Shown here in pieces: positions 41,018 through 51,074 of a stretch of 64,000 bases of DNA (position 1 is its first letter; each line of letters starts with the position of its first letter). Source of the stretch: a virus (lineage: Duplodnaviria; Caudoviricetes); the IMG/VR virus record IMGVR_UViG_3300023235_001725, one strand, 5' to 3'. The notes beneath the pieces were generated by a model. It saw only the letters and a program-made list of their open reading frames with translations. It was not told where the DNA came from and made no database searches. The translations under genes were made by a program, and so were the position numbers.

Positions 41018-42400
41018 GTCTTTTAACTTGGAAATCATTTCTCGTGCATCACGGTAGTTCATAATTGCTTTTCGATTATGCTTGTCTACGTTTATAATTT
41101 TAAGCATCACGCATACTTTGAGAAAATCTTTAATTGCTTCTGTAGTCATCTCTAAGCCTATTGACTCAACAGCTATCGTAAAATCACTAAACGTGTATAA
41201 ATTCCCGCCTGGTATAACCTGTCCTTGGATGTAAAGAACACCCAAAAGTCTCATGTACATTTGAGACGTTTCGTCAAGAGAAGAAATATCAATCGCATCT
41301 ACATTATTATTTATGTTTTCTAATACAATCAAATGTGAGTCTTCTGGGATATCCGTGTATACGGGCTCTTTCTTTTCTTCAGCTATCTCTTCTATCTTTA
41401 AAACGTCCGCTTTGGGAATGAAGTCTCCTGTAACGGTTTCTTTATAAACAATCTTATTAGTTCCTAAAGCAGGTTCGGGCTCAGTTGCTGGTCCAGGTTC
41501 TAGAAAAGGTTCGGGCTCAGTTGCTGGTCCAGGTTCTAGAAAAGGTTCGGGCTCAGTTGCTGGTCCAGGTGTTGGAATCTTCTTTAAATCTTCTTCTTCT
41601 TTCCTAACGACCGTCATTTCAACGTTAAAGAAAAGTACGAGCATGATAGCAAATGGGTCAAATATTAAAACAAAAAACCCAAAAAACCCTTTTGTTGCTG
41701 TATCCATCTCCACTCCAAGCATATCCGCAATCATTTTTAACGGAGCTGCTTCACCCTGAGAGAGTTCCCCGCTCATTACAACGATGGAACTGTCGACCAC
41801 TGCGATATTTTCTATCACTAATCCAATCTCATTATTTAGTGAGTCAATGTCGAAGTTAAGTAGAGATATCTCTGTATTTGTTTCTTGTAGAAGGTTTTTT
41901 GCTTCACGTGCACTTCTCCATGCTTGTCTATTTTGAAGTGAGTCCATCCTGTCCTCCTGCTGCTTTCTGAGGCTAGAAAGTCCGTCAGCTCTATTTTCTT
42001 TTCTGTTAATCTGGTCTTCGAATCGAACAACTTTTCCTTTAAGCGATTCTTTTTCTCTTTCTTTAAGTTGAATCTCTTGATTGCCTATTTGAAATTCAGC
42101 ACTCGTCTCGGCATAGCCCCCAATTAGTTGGCCAAATATACCTATAGATGTTAAGGCCATTGCTACGATAATTCCAAATATAGCTCCTGCTCTTTGCAAG
42201 ATTCCAATTTCATTCCATCGCCTGTGAACAAAAGATGCTATAACCAATTTCCCAACCTCTAGCGCTGCTACTAAAAGTATTGCTGCCGTTCCTGCTCCAG
42301 AGGCGAGTTTTCCCACACCTGTTACAGAGAAGAACGCAGCGCATCCTGCCATAAAAAGGGCTGTCAATGCAATTAGGTATGCTCGTAATCGTCTTTTCAT
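41015..42400 (-). CDS. Membrane-anchored coiled-coil phage protein
   Basis: Three N-terminal TM segments (LEVGKLVIAS), coiled coil, IFDPFAI TM segment and a Pro/Glu repeat. Confidence 0.75.
   Translation of the reverse strand: MKRRLRAYLIALTALFMAGCAAFFSVTGVGKLASGAGTAAILLVAALEVGKLVIASFVHRRWNEIGILQRAGAIFGIIVAMALTSIGIFGQLIGGYAETSAEFQIGNQEIQLKEREKESLKGKVVRFEDQINRKENRADGLSSLRKQQEDRMDSLQNRQAWRSAREAKNLLQETNTEISLLNFDIDSLNNEIGLVIENIAVVDSSIVVMSGELSQGEAAPLKMIADMLGVEMDTATKGFFGFFVLIFDPFAIMLVLFFNVEMTVVRKEEEDLKKIPTPGPATEPEPFLEPGPATEPEPFLEPGPATEPEPALGTNKIVYKETVTGDFIPKADVLKIEEIAEEKKEPVYTDIPEDSHLIVLENINNNVDAIDISSLDETSQMYMRLLGVLYIQGQVIPGGNLYTFSDFTIAVESIGLEMTTEAIKDFLKVCVMLKIINVDKHNRKAIMNYRDAREMISKLKD
41471..41570. 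repeat. In-frame 36-bp tandem repeat, about 2.8 copies (PGPATEPEPFLE)
   Basis: AGGTTCGGGCTCAGTTGCTGGTCCAGGTTCTAGAAA repeated without spacers. Confidence 0.92.
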
Positions 42401-42446
42401 TTATTACAAAGTAACAAAATTATAGTTTAAAGCAAAGATATAATAA

Positions 42447-42881
42447 TTACTTTTCTCCTGGCTCAAGGTCAGTGTGTATGTTATCGCCAATGTTGTTTTT
42501 ATTTTTAAAGACTTTGATTTTTAAATCAATGAAATTTTTTGACTTTCCTATCGCGTGTTCATTGGGACGCAAATCTTTCAAGTGACGTCGAGTCCAGATA
42601 TTAATTTCCCCATCTGGAAGGTAATAGTCTTCATAGTTGTAGTACCACAAGCCTGTTCTACTGTCGTGAAGGTATAGAGGGTGTTGTTCTCCATAAGAAT
42701 AGGCTACATACATTTGCCCAAGCTCGCCTAAATCTTCCCCATAAGTGTGTGACCCAACAAAATTCTCTTGTCTATTTATAAAATCTGCTGCTTCTTTATT
42801 TGTAATTCTTTCTTCATCAAGCTGCTCTTCATCAATGAACTGCTGCAAGGACTCGCGTATTGTTTTCAGTAACCTTTTCAT
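42447..42881 (-). CDS. Hypothetical protein with a KTIRESLQQFIDE N-terminus
   Basis: ORF. Confidence 0.7.
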   Translation of the reverse strand: MKRLLKTIRESLQQFIDEEQLDEERITNKEAADFINRQENFVGSHTYGEDLGELGQMYVAYSYGEQHPLYLHDSRTGLWYYNYEDYYLPDGEINIWTRRHLKDLRPNEHAIGKSKNFIDLKIKVFKNKNNIGDNIHTDLEPGEK

Positions 42882-42923
42882 GAACAGTATCTTTTAGATG
42901 TAAATAGGTGATTATTTAAGAAT

Positions 42924-42949
42924 GGAAACCTTTGATTGACTCTTACGTA
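42924..42949 (+). promoter_or_regulatory. ECF-type promoter GGAAAC-N16-CGTA (plus strand)
   Basis: Exact spacing; 31 nt upstream of the ATG at 42981. Confidence 0.65.
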
Positions 42950-42980
42950 TCTTTTATAAAACTACAATAACAACACTGAC

Positions 42981-43754
42981 ATGAGGATAAAGCATTTATT
43001 CATTATTTTGACTGCCTTGTTAAGTTTTACAATTTTTGCCTTCAACAACCCTAGAGAAGTTGACGCCGATTTTTTTAAACACAGCTCAAGCGTGTCTGTT
43101 TTGGGGGCTCTAGTTCTATCAATGGAAGAAGCTAGATTTGACAAGCGAAAAGACTCTATTTACTCAAACTTGTTAGTTTACAATAAAGACGCTGTAAAGA
43201 CCACGGCAATAAACATTTTAAATGCCATCGAAGCATTCCATTTAGATGAGACTAAGCAAATGTATGAGTATTCTCTTTTTCAACTCTTATATGAATCTAG
43301 AGGAATACATATGAATGGCGGCTCTTTATTGAAATCATCCGCAGGCGCTCTGGGGATTTGTCAAATAAAATCTACTACAGCATTTCATTATTTAAAACTA
43401 GTAATGGGCGAGGATGACATGGATTTTCTAAGCAGTCTTGGTGCCACCCCTATTTCATTTACAGTAAATGATAAAGTCTCAAAAGTAGTTAATGGCGATG
43501 GTAAAGCTATTTGGATTACTCCTGTAAAAACTAAGAAAAAAGTTGCTAAATGGATGGAGAATGAAAAAAACTCTACTCTCTTGTGGGGTTTTATAATGAG
43601 GCGTAACACCGACAAATACGGTCACATAAATGCGCTCGTTATTTATAACACTGGAAAAGGTACTTGGGGTAAGCTTAGAAAGTCTGGATTCAATATGAAT
43701 TCCCATTCTTATCTTCGAGGGATTCGAAAAGTGGAAAAAGTATTAAACAACTAA
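42981..43754 (+). CDS. Lytic transglycosylase (SLT)-like protein with N-terminal signal/anchor
   Basis: YESRG...SSAGALGICQIKSTTA...ALVIYNTG motif order. Confidence 0.72.
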   Translation: MRIKHLFIILTALLSFTIFAFNNPREVDADFFKHSSSVSVLGALVLSMEEARFDKRKDSIYSNLLVYNKDAVKTTAINILNAIEAFHLDETKQMYEYSLFQLLYESRGIHMNGGSLLKSSAGALGICQIKSTTAFHYLKLVMGEDDMDFLSSLGATPISFTVNDKVSKVVNGDGKAIWITPVKTKKKVAKWMENEKNSTLLWGFIMRRNTDKYGHINALVIYNTGKGTWGKLRKSGFNMNSHSYLRGIRKVEKVLNN

Positions 43755-43819
43755 AGAATATTCAACCTTTTGTCGTGAACAACCTATCTGATGAATGGGT
43801 TTTTCGCTTGGTCATATAA

Positions 43820-43856
43820 AAAAAGCGGTTGATGAATAATTCATCAACCGCTTTTT
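43820..43856. terminator. Bidirectional intrinsic terminator between convergent genes
   Basis: Perfect 17-bp inverted repeat AAAAAGCGGTTGATGAA-TAA-TTCATCAACCGCTTTTT. Confidence 0.88.
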
Positions 43857-43883
43857 AACATGTAATTTCAGCAGAGACTTCCT

Positions 43884-44456
43884 TTAGAAAGGAAGGTCGT
43901 CACTTGATTCGTTAAAATCATTTTGAGTAAAAGACTGACCTTGTGGTTGACCTTGTGGTTGACCTTGTGGTTGACCTTGTGGTTGACCTTGTGGTTGACC
44001 TTGTGGTTGACCTTGTGGTTGACCTTGTGGCTGACCCTGTGGCTGACCTTGTCCCGCATACTCGTTTACGTTTTGCTGCGCCTGACCTTGATTGCTTGAT
44101 TGCTCACGCTGATTAGGGAGAAGCGTTAGCTTCCTAGCATGTACATAAGCTTTTTCTTTTTTCTGGCCAGATTCTTTATCTACCCAGCTGTTGTAGCGAA
44201 GTTCTCCTTCTATTAGTAAGGAGTTTCCTTTTTTTGTGAAGTTTTTCACCACATCCGCTTGAGCACCCCACACCTCTATAGTATGCCAGTGCGAATCCTG
44301 TTGCTTGTTTCCACTCGCGTCCATGTAAGTGCGGTTTGTCACCATGTTTATTAAAGCTTTTGGCGTAGTCTTGCCTGAGGCTTTTGAAGTAATCTGGCTA
44401 TACTCTGGGTCACTACCTAAAGTTCCGCAAAGAGTTACACTGTTAAATCCGTCCAT
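43884..44456 (-). CDS. ssb: Single-stranded DNA-binding protein
   Basis: NSVTLCGTLGSDPE, WHTIEVWG, KGNSLLIEGELRYNSW and C-terminal DDLPF; start moved to MDGFN. Confidence 0.92.
   Translation of the reverse strand: MDGFNSVTLCGTLGSDPEYSQITSKASGKTTPKALINMVTNRTYMDASGNKQQDSHWHTIEVWGAQADVVKNFTKKGNSLLIEGELRYNSWVDKESGQKKEKAYVHARKLTLLPNQREQSSNQGQAQQNVNEYAGQGQPQGQPQGQPQGQPQGQPQGQPQGQPQGQPQGQPQGQSFTQNDFNESSDDLPF
43936..44052. repeat. 12-bp tandem repeat encoding about nine QPQG units in the SSB linker
   Basis: TGACCTTGTGGT tandem copies. Confidence 0.92.
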
Positions 44457-44658
44457 TTTGTTGTTTTTTGTTGTGTTTTTGTGAAGCCAAACATTAGCCT
44501 CCTGTCCAATTGTAAATTTATAATTTATCTTTATAATTATAATACATTTAGCAAGTATTTTAAAGGTTTTTTTAAACATTTGTTTAACTTTTTTTATATC
44601 AGACAAGATATAGGTGAAAAAGGGCTTTTTAGGCTTATTTATGTGAAAGCATAATCAA

Positions 44659-46164
44659 ATGAGTAAGAAGAAAATCTTTAGTCTGGTCGAGAACTTTGTA
44701 AAGGCCTTTGAGAAAAAATACAGTTTGATTTCAGAAGCCGACGAAGAGGCTCCGAAATCGGCTAGCCCTGAAGCTAGAGAAATGCGCAAACAAGTTATCA
44801 ACGCCTTGATAGCTCCTCAGCCTAATAGGGAAGGGAAAGTAAAACCTCCAGCTACCGCTCAGAAGGCGGAGGAAATGGCTAAGGCAATAGTTTCTAGGGG
44901 AGCTGCTGCACGAACCATGATTAAAGGAAAGAGTAGTTACATAAATTACCAAACAACAATTGGAGATGCTAATAAAGGAGATTTAGGGGCTTCTGCAGAG
45001 TCTCAAACATTGGATTTGGTAATTGAGCTTCTAGTCCAAGCATATAATACTCCGCTAGGTGAGGAAGGGCCACTTAGCCTTTCTGCTGTGACTCCTGAGA
45101 TGAAGAGAAACATTATAGATGGACTTCGTTTTATATTTTTTCCTCTTGATGCTGCTGGGAACCCGACGCCTTTCTTTTTCTGGACATGGTATGGGCCTCA
45201 GGTTGGGATGAGTGTTCAGCTTTATAAGCCGCGAAAAGTAAATCCTGACACAGGGCAAGATTACGTAAACAAAGAGGCTATGGTCGAATATTCTCTTGAA
45301 GCTTATGATTACATTGCTTCATACACCATTCCTACGGCTTTAGCGAGAGAAGTAGCTAGTTCTGGCGAAAAGACATCGAGTTACATAATTGGCTCCACTA
45401 GAAATAGAATTAGCAAGATTATGTCTAATGATTCAAAGTTTGGTGACGTTGGTTTTGGTGGGACTAAGGGTCAGAGGCAAGATAGAAGCGGCACACCAAG
45501 AGGGCGGTCAATGAATATAAGTACTGATGTAGACAAGGATTATGAAAAACTCCAAGGAGACGATGAAGCTTATTTTGACATCTCTAAATACGGTGACTTA
45601 GGTGCGAGTGCTGCTCAAGACATAGAAGCGGCTCTTTACGCTCTAGGCGGAACAAAGCCACCAATGCACCAAAAGCAAATGTATTCAGCCGTAATCTCTA
45701 ACAATGAGAAATTTGACAGCTTGAAAAGCTTTGCTGAATGGATGGTTGATAATGTGTCTCAATATCCAGCTATCTCTGAGTACTTCGGAAACTGGCCTGG
45801 AGAAGACTCTAAGTTCTATGTGAAAAAGACAATGAACGAAATTGCATCACTGTTTAAAAGTGGTAAGTTCCTAAAAGTTCGACAAGAAGTTTTTGATGAA
45901 AAGTATGCAAAAATAATCAATAAAAACCCAGAGTTAGGGGCGAGTTTTGCTGGCGACTTCTTTGGACTCGACGCAAATGCAGACGATAGCTCTAAAACAA
46001 TGGGTGGATACGACCCTGTCTCAGGAAAAGAGTGGGGAGCAGTTGGAGACGACGGCGAACGTTATGCTCAAGTTGATGACCCAGACGCTTTCTACGCAAA
46101 TCTTGAAGAGGCTGTGAACTTTAGATTGTTTGAATTAGCTTTGAACCGCGCTCTACTAATCTAA
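44659..46164 (+). CDS. Large hypothetical protein
   Basis: 501-aa ORF; no family recognised. Confidence 0.75.
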   Translation: MSKKKIFSLVENFVKAFEKKYSLISEADEEAPKSASPEAREMRKQVINALIAPQPNREGKVKPPATAQKAEEMAKAIVSRGAAARTMIKGKSSYINYQTTIGDANKGDLGASAESQTLDLVIELLVQAYNTPLGEEGPLSLSAVTPEMKRNIIDGLRFIFFPLDAAGNPTPFFFWTWYGPQVGMSVQLYKPRKVNPDTGQDYVNKEAMVEYSLEAYDYIASYTIPTALAREVASSGEKTSSYIIGSTRNRISKIMSNDSKFGDVGFGGTKGQRQDRSGTPRGRSMNISTDVDKDYEKLQGDDEAYFDISKYGDLGASAAQDIEAALYALGGTKPPMHQKQMYSAVISNNEKFDSLKSFAEWMVDNVSQYPAISEYFGNWPGEDSKFYVKKTMNEIASLFKSGKFLKVRQEVFDEKYAKIINKNPELGASFAGDFFGLDANADDSSKTMGGYDPVSGKEWGAVGDDGERYAQVDDPDAFYANLEEAVNFRLFELALNRALLI

Positions 46165-46434
46165 TAAAATTTCTATCTCTCTCAAAAAATTCTCAAACTC
46201 GGAAGGGTTTGGGAATTTTTGCTTTAGAGAGATTGCTAATTTGCCCCAATCGTCGTCCCACATCGTTGTGTTGTTCGATTTAGTTACTCCATTTTCTCTA
46301 AGGAAAGCATTTCCCGCAGTTACTATTGAAGCAACTTCATTCGTTTTAAACCAGTTCTTAACGATTGCTCTTGTGATGTCTTCCTCTGTTATCTCAACAT
46401 CAACATTGATGCTCTTTTTTACGTACAATGCCAT
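46156..46434 (-). CDS. Hypothetical protein
   Basis: ORF. Confidence 0.55.
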   Translation of the reverse strand: MALYVKKSINVDVEITEEDITRAIVKNWFKTNEVASIVTAGNAFLRENGVTKSNNTTMWDDDWGKLAISLKQKFPNPSEFENFLREIEILLD

Positions 46435-46522
46435 TATAATTTGATTATTGTGTTATAGCAAAACTATAAAAAAAAAAGGGTTGACATCGCACCGCCAACC
46501 CTTCCTTTTCAGACTAATGCTC

Positions 46523-46780
46523 TTAAAGAGCCTTTACCACTACGGTATCAAAGTCGTTGGATTCTACTTTTACAATAGTTCCAGCGTCAGTGATTTTATA
46601 TATAAGTCCTTTTGTGTCAAAAAACAGCTTATCATAGTTCATTGTTGCAGAGTGCTCTATAACTAGACCAGTTTTTTTGTTTCTTATCATAATTCGGGGC
46701 TTGACATCTGTTGCCAAATAGGATTCAAAAATCTTATTTGCGTCCGAATGAAATGATTCATTTTGTACTTGCTCTTGCAT
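46523..46780 (-). CDS. Hypothetical protein
   Basis: ORF. Confidence 0.6.
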   Translation of the reverse strand: MQEQVQNESFHSDANKIFESYLATDVKPRIMIRNKKTGLVIEHSATMNYDKLFFDTKGLIYKITDAGTIVKVESNDFDTVVVKAL

Positions 46781-46793
46781 GGGACAAATATAA

Positions 46794-47285
46794 TCACCTA
46801 TTCTTGAAAAATCTAATTAAGTTCTCTACAATTCGGACATCGTTTTCAAAAAACTCAGCCAAATCGTCTAACATGTTTTCTGGAAGGTCGTCTAGTTTAA
46901 ACCAGCCCCAACCAGAAGCTTCTTTTTCAGTTTCGATATCTGGAATCCATTCTGCATCAAACAAACCAGCATAAATGTAATATTTAAAATGATTAGTGTT
47001 TATGATATCGATTGGTCTATTTGATATTTTATAGTCGATTTTGCATCTAGTCTCTTCCCAAAACTCTCTTTTGGCACAGTCCTTTGGAGTTTTATCTTGA
47101 CCTTCCTCGAATCCTCCTCCCCAGGTTGCCCATTCAAGCGGATTGCTTTGGTGCTCGCCACGTTTACATAGCAAGACTCGTCCTGTTGTGTAACATATAG
47201 GAAGGATTCCTGCTCCAATTAGTTTGTGCTTTAGTTCGTGCTCTTTCATTACTAATAAATAGAGTTCTTTCTTTGTTTGTTCCAT
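46794..47285 (-). CDS. NUDIX hydrolase
   Basis: Nudix box GGGFEEGQDKTPKDCAKREFWEET. Confidence 0.88.
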   Translation of the reverse strand: MEQTKKELYLLVMKEHELKHKLIGAGILPICYTTGRVLLCKRGEHQSNPLEWATWGGGFEEGQDKTPKDCAKREFWEETRCKIDYKISNRPIDIINTNHFKYYIYAGLFDAEWIPDIETEKEASGWGWFKLDDLPENMLDDLAEFFENDVRIVENLIRFFKNR

Positions 47286-47546
47286 GTCTCCATAACTAAG
47301 ATTGGAACCGCAATAAACAAGAAGAAAGCCGATGTGAATAAGAAGACGGTTGGAATTATTAAACAATAAACAACTAAGAGCGCAAAGGTGTTTCGTAACA
47401 TGAAATAGTGCTTTGTTATAGGTAGTCTGAAATATTATGACTAATGTTTATGTTGTTAGCGGTTTCTAAAAATTTGTAGTGCTTTTCTGTCAAAGACATA
47501 AAAAAATTAATGTCATGAAAACTGTGCCACGTGGTTGCTTTTTTTT

Positions 47547-49010
47547 TCACATGATTCCCCATAACATATAAAAAAGCTTGTGCTTAGCTCTTGTTACTGC
47601 GACATAATGAATATTCTGTGCCTCTCTGTCTTTGGCATCATAATTGAAACTTACTTTCTTGAGCTCTTTTTTTGGAAGGACGAAGCCATTGTCTATTAAT
47701 ATCTCTGGTGCACATGAGTTAACCACTACTACGTCTTCAAACTCTCTTCCTTTTGATTTATGAATGGTAGTAATAAATTTTTTAGAATCTTCGTTGATTT
47801 TTATGAACGCTATAAGCTCTTGTGGAGAGTCAAAGTGACTTTGCATATCTTTCACTTTTCTATCTAAAACAGGATTTGATTTGTTTTTTTTCATATCATC
47901 CAAATCTTTTTTTGTGAGATAATTTTCATACCTCATTGGGTACCTTTCCACCAGTAGCTTCTTTTCTAATTGTCGAATCACTGCGTTAGTTCGAACCAGG
48001 ACGGCGCACTCTCTTGAATTATCAAGAATTGTTATCAATTCTTGAGTGCTAGTTCTAATGATGTAATCCACTTCTCCAGGCATTGGGGAATTGGGCTGTG
48101 CTTCTAATTCTGAATACGAGTTTGAATTATTAACGATTTCAATGTCACTTCTAAAGTTAACTGTCAGCGTCATTTCTTTTGATTTGCGCCTATCTGAGAG
48201 CATTTTAATCAATCGATTCGCGTTTGCTCCAGAGTATCCGTATATTGACTGAAATATGTCTCCAATTAAGTAGTAGTATCGAGCGTTTAAAGATAAAAGA
48301 ACCCTTAACTGCAAGGCAGATGTGTCTTGGAACTCGTCCACAAAAATATAATCATACTTACCTTTGAACATTTTAAGCCATTTATCATCCTTGAAAAGTT
48401 TATCAACCTCTATCAACATGTCTGAGAAATCGCGAGCGTAAGTTTCTCTCTGAAACCTTTCGTACTCCAAGAGAAAGTTTGGAAAAGCAGACTTTTCACC
48501 TTCGGCCTGCATAAGCTTGTAGGCAGCTATTTTAGACGAAATAACATCTGCACTGGTGTACATTTCACTGATATTTGTGTAAAACTCTTCTTTCTCTTCC
48601 GACGATGCGTGTCTTGGTGGAGAAAATTGTTCTTTATACCATTTGACAAAGTCAAACCAGCTTGTTACATCTTTCCATTTGCCAGCCTTATTAAGGATAT
48701 GGAAGCAGAATGAGTGAATTGTTGTTATTTTAATTTGGTCATTTCCAATTCTCGATTTTAATTCTTCGGTCGCAGCCTTTGTAAAAGAGAAAAAGATAAT
48801 TCTAGATGGGTCAACCCCGCGTCTAATTAAATTTTTTAGTCGTTCAACACAGGAAAAAGTTTTACCGCTTCCTGCAACTGCAGATAAGACAATAGACTCT
48901 TTTCCTTTGAACTCAATAAATGTCCTTTGCTCTTCTGTAAGTTGTCTGTCGTGAATCTCGTCGAAAATGTCAATTTGGCTAAGGTCTCTTCCTTTTTGCT
49001 TTTTTGCCAT
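47547..49010 (-). CDS. UvrD/Rep-family SF1 helicase
   Basis: AVAGSGKT, VDEFQD, GDIFQSIYGY, VNFRS, TIHKSKGREF and YVAVTRA motifs. Confidence 0.93.
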   Translation of the reverse strand: MAKKQKGRDLSQIDIFDEIHDRQLTEEQRTFIEFKGKESIVLSAVAGSGKTFSCVERLKNLIRRGVDPSRIIFFSFTKAATEELKSRIGNDQIKITTIHSFCFHILNKAGKWKDVTSWFDFVKWYKEQFSPPRHASSEEKEEFYTNISEMYTSADVISSKIAAYKLMQAEGEKSAFPNFLLEYERFQRETYARDFSDMLIEVDKLFKDDKWLKMFKGKYDYIFVDEFQDTSALQLRVLLSLNARYYYLIGDIFQSIYGYSGANANRLIKMLSDRRKSKEMTLTVNFRSDIEIVNNSNSYSELEAQPNSPMPGEVDYIIRTSTQELITILDNSRECAVLVRTNAVIRQLEKKLLVERYPMRYENYLTKKDLDDMKKNKSNPVLDRKVKDMQSHFDSPQELIAFIKINEDSKKFITTIHKSKGREFEDVVVVNSCAPEILIDNGFVLPKKELKKVSFNYDAKDREAQNIHYVAVTRAKHKLFYMLWGIM

Positions 49011-49021
49011 TCTCTAGTTTG

Positions 49022-49852
49022 TTATTGAGGTTGAGGAGTGTTCATTTTTTTAATGAAACTCTCAATGATGTTTTTTGTGTCTCTAGGAGTTTTTTCTGAA
49101 TTTATCATCCACGTGATATACCCCATATCTGTTGTAACGATTTCATCCAATGGTCTTCCTTTATACTTTCCAAAGTTCAGGTTGATTTTTCCGCTGTCGT
49201 CTTTTACAAGCTGCCCTTTCATATCAACTGCGCCTTTTCCTTTTCCGAATGTCTCAGAAATAGATGATGTGTTGTTGTTGAATGACTTTTCAACTCCGTT
49301 TTTGTCTGTAATTATTTGACCTTGATGTTTATCAATCATCCCATTAAGGATTTTGACATAGTTCACGGTGTGGGCCTCGCTACCAATCGGAGCTCCTCTC
49401 ATGAAATCTTGATTCGCAAATTGCGCTGATGCCTGGATGAAGTCTCTTGGAGATATCTGGTGATACATAGACTGTAGGTCTACGATGTTTCGGTCTGAAC
49501 AAGAAAACGCAAGGCCTGCTCTTGCAAACTCTTCCATTAAAAAGTTGAGGTCGAATTCAACATTGAACCCCGCGATGTCTGCATCGCCAATAAAGCGGTG
49601 AAGATTTTGAGCTATGCTGAAAAATGTGGGTTGACTGCTCACTATATCATCGGTGATGCCGTTCCTACTTGATGCCTCCTCTGGGATGGGCATTTCGGGG
49701 TTAATTAGTCTTGTCCCTGTCTTTTGTGTGCCGTCTGGGTTGTATCGAGTGATTGTGAGTTGTACAATCCTATCCAAATTCGGCTTTAACCCTGTCGTAT
49801 GCGCCTTAATGAATACGATGGACTTTGTGAGCTGTAAATTCAATGTATCCAT
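49022..49852 (-). CDS. DnaQ/DEDDh 3'-5' exonuclease homologue, probably catalytically inactive
   Basis: Fold motifs TTG, GFNVEFDLNFL and NFGKYKG are present, but ExoI reads FIKAHTTG (D and E lost) and ExoIII HxAxxD is absent. Confidence 0.8.
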   Translation of the reverse strand: MDTLNLQLTKSIVFIKAHTTGLKPNLDRIVQLTITRYNPDGTQKTGTRLINPEMPIPEEASSRNGITDDIVSSQPTFFSIAQNLHRFIGDADIAGFNVEFDLNFLMEEFARAGLAFSCSDRNIVDLQSMYHQISPRDFIQASAQFANQDFMRGAPIGSEAHTVNYVKILNGMIDKHQGQIITDKNGVEKSFNNNTSSISETFGKGKGAVDMKGQLVKDDSGKINLNFGKYKGRPLDEIVTTDMGYITWMINSEKTPRDTKNIIESFIKKMNTPQPQ

Positions 49853-49894
49853 GATTTTTGTATTTATAATCCAAAAGTATAACTTTTTTTGGAA

Positions 49895-50170
49895 TTATAA
49901 CCATGATTCTTCAATCATTTTTCTCCTCGCTTCTAAATCAAGAGGACTCCATAATTCAACTGTTTCTTCTTGAAAATCAACCTCTTCATCCTTTGCCCAA
50001 AACCATCGAACCTGACTCACATTCTCTACAGTGTTGTATAGAAAGTGCCCGTCCTCCTCCACGGAGCTTTTAATCAAAAGCTCCCCATTAGGGATGCAAT
50101 TCCCATTTGAAAATATTTTAACCTCTTTAAGTCGATAATAAGCTACCTGTGTTTCAACACACTTACTCAC
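49895..50170 (-). CDS. Hypothetical protein
   Basis: ORF. Confidence 0.55.
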   Translation of the reverse strand: MSKCVETQVAYYRLKEVKIFSNGNCIPNGELLIKSSVEEDGHFLYNTVENVSQVRWFWAKDEEVDFQEETVELWSPLDLEARRKMIEESWL

Positions 50171-51044
50171 CGCTTCCTAGGTTTGTATTCAAAAACTCTT
50201 TTAGGGCAGAACTTTTTTCAAAAACCCTAAGCCTTCTAAGTGTGTCTTCTTTTATTTGTCTAACTCTCTCGTTGGTTAATTCTAATCTCTCAGCGATGTC
50301 GCGAAGAGTCGTAGCCTCTTCATTGTTTAATCCGAAATACATGTTTAATATAACCTTTTCTCTTTCAGTTAAATTGTCAAACAACTCGTTTAACTCATCT
50401 TTCAATGCCTGGTGATTCATATCTTGTTCAAACCGTTGATAAGAGTCTCCAATTAAAAAGTCTTTTACCTCTGTTTGTGAGTCAGATTTTATCTGGTCAT
50501 CAATAGAAACTTCGAAGTTTCCATTGATGTTAAAGCTTTTAATATCGCTTTCTGTAATTTCATCTATCTCGGCTAAGATTTCTTCATCAGAAGGCTCTCG
50601 ACCTAAACGTTGGTAAAGCTTTTCTTTTGTTTTTACAATCTTGTTGATGGAGTTGATTCGATTTACAGGGAGCCTGATGTTCCCAGAGTGGTCGTTTACC
50701 GCTTTTATAAGTGCGTGGCGAATCCACCATACGGCGTAGGAAATAAACTTAAAACCCTTTGTCTCATCAAACCTGCTAACAGCTTCCATAAGGCCGATAT
50801 TACCCTCTGAAATTAAATCCTCCAGAGGAAGTCCGCTGTATAGATATTCTTTTGCCACAGAAATAACAAATCTCAAATTAGTCTTTGTTAAGTCATGAAA
50901 TGCTTTCTCGTCTCCAGCCTTAGCCTTGACAGCCAGTTTAACTTGGTCATCCCCACTAAGGACTTCTATCTTTTTAATGTCTTTGTAATAGCTTTTTACG
51001 GAAACTGATTCCTTATAATAGCTACTTTCTCTTTCTTTTTGCAT
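50163..51044 (-). CDS. Sigma-70 family factor, Bacteroidota RpoD-like (no region 1.1)
   Basis: NLRFVISVAKEY, DLISEGNIGL, FDETKGFKFISYAVWWIR, IRLPVN and LTNERVRQI motifs. Confidence 0.93.
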   Translation of the reverse strand: MQKERESSYYKESVSVKSYYKDIKKIEVLSGDDQVKLAVKAKAGDEKAFHDLTKTNLRFVISVAKEYLYSGLPLEDLISEGNIGLMEAVSRFDETKGFKFISYAVWWIRHALIKAVNDHSGNIRLPVNRINSINKIVKTKEKLYQRLGREPSDEEILAEIDEITESDIKSFNINGNFEVSIDDQIKSDSQTEVKDFLIGDSYQRFEQDMNHQALKDELNELFDNLTEREKVILNMYFGLNNEEATTLRDIAERLELTNERVRQIKEDTLRRLRVFEKSSALKEFLNTNLGSGE

Positions 51045-51074
51045 CGCCGCGAAGTTTGGTAAACACTATAAATC

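Noticed and set aside
41471-44052. 36-bp repeat at 41471 and 12-bp repeat at 43936 as CRISPR-like arrays
   Set aside because: Both are spacer-less in-frame tandem repeats encoding low-complexity linkers.
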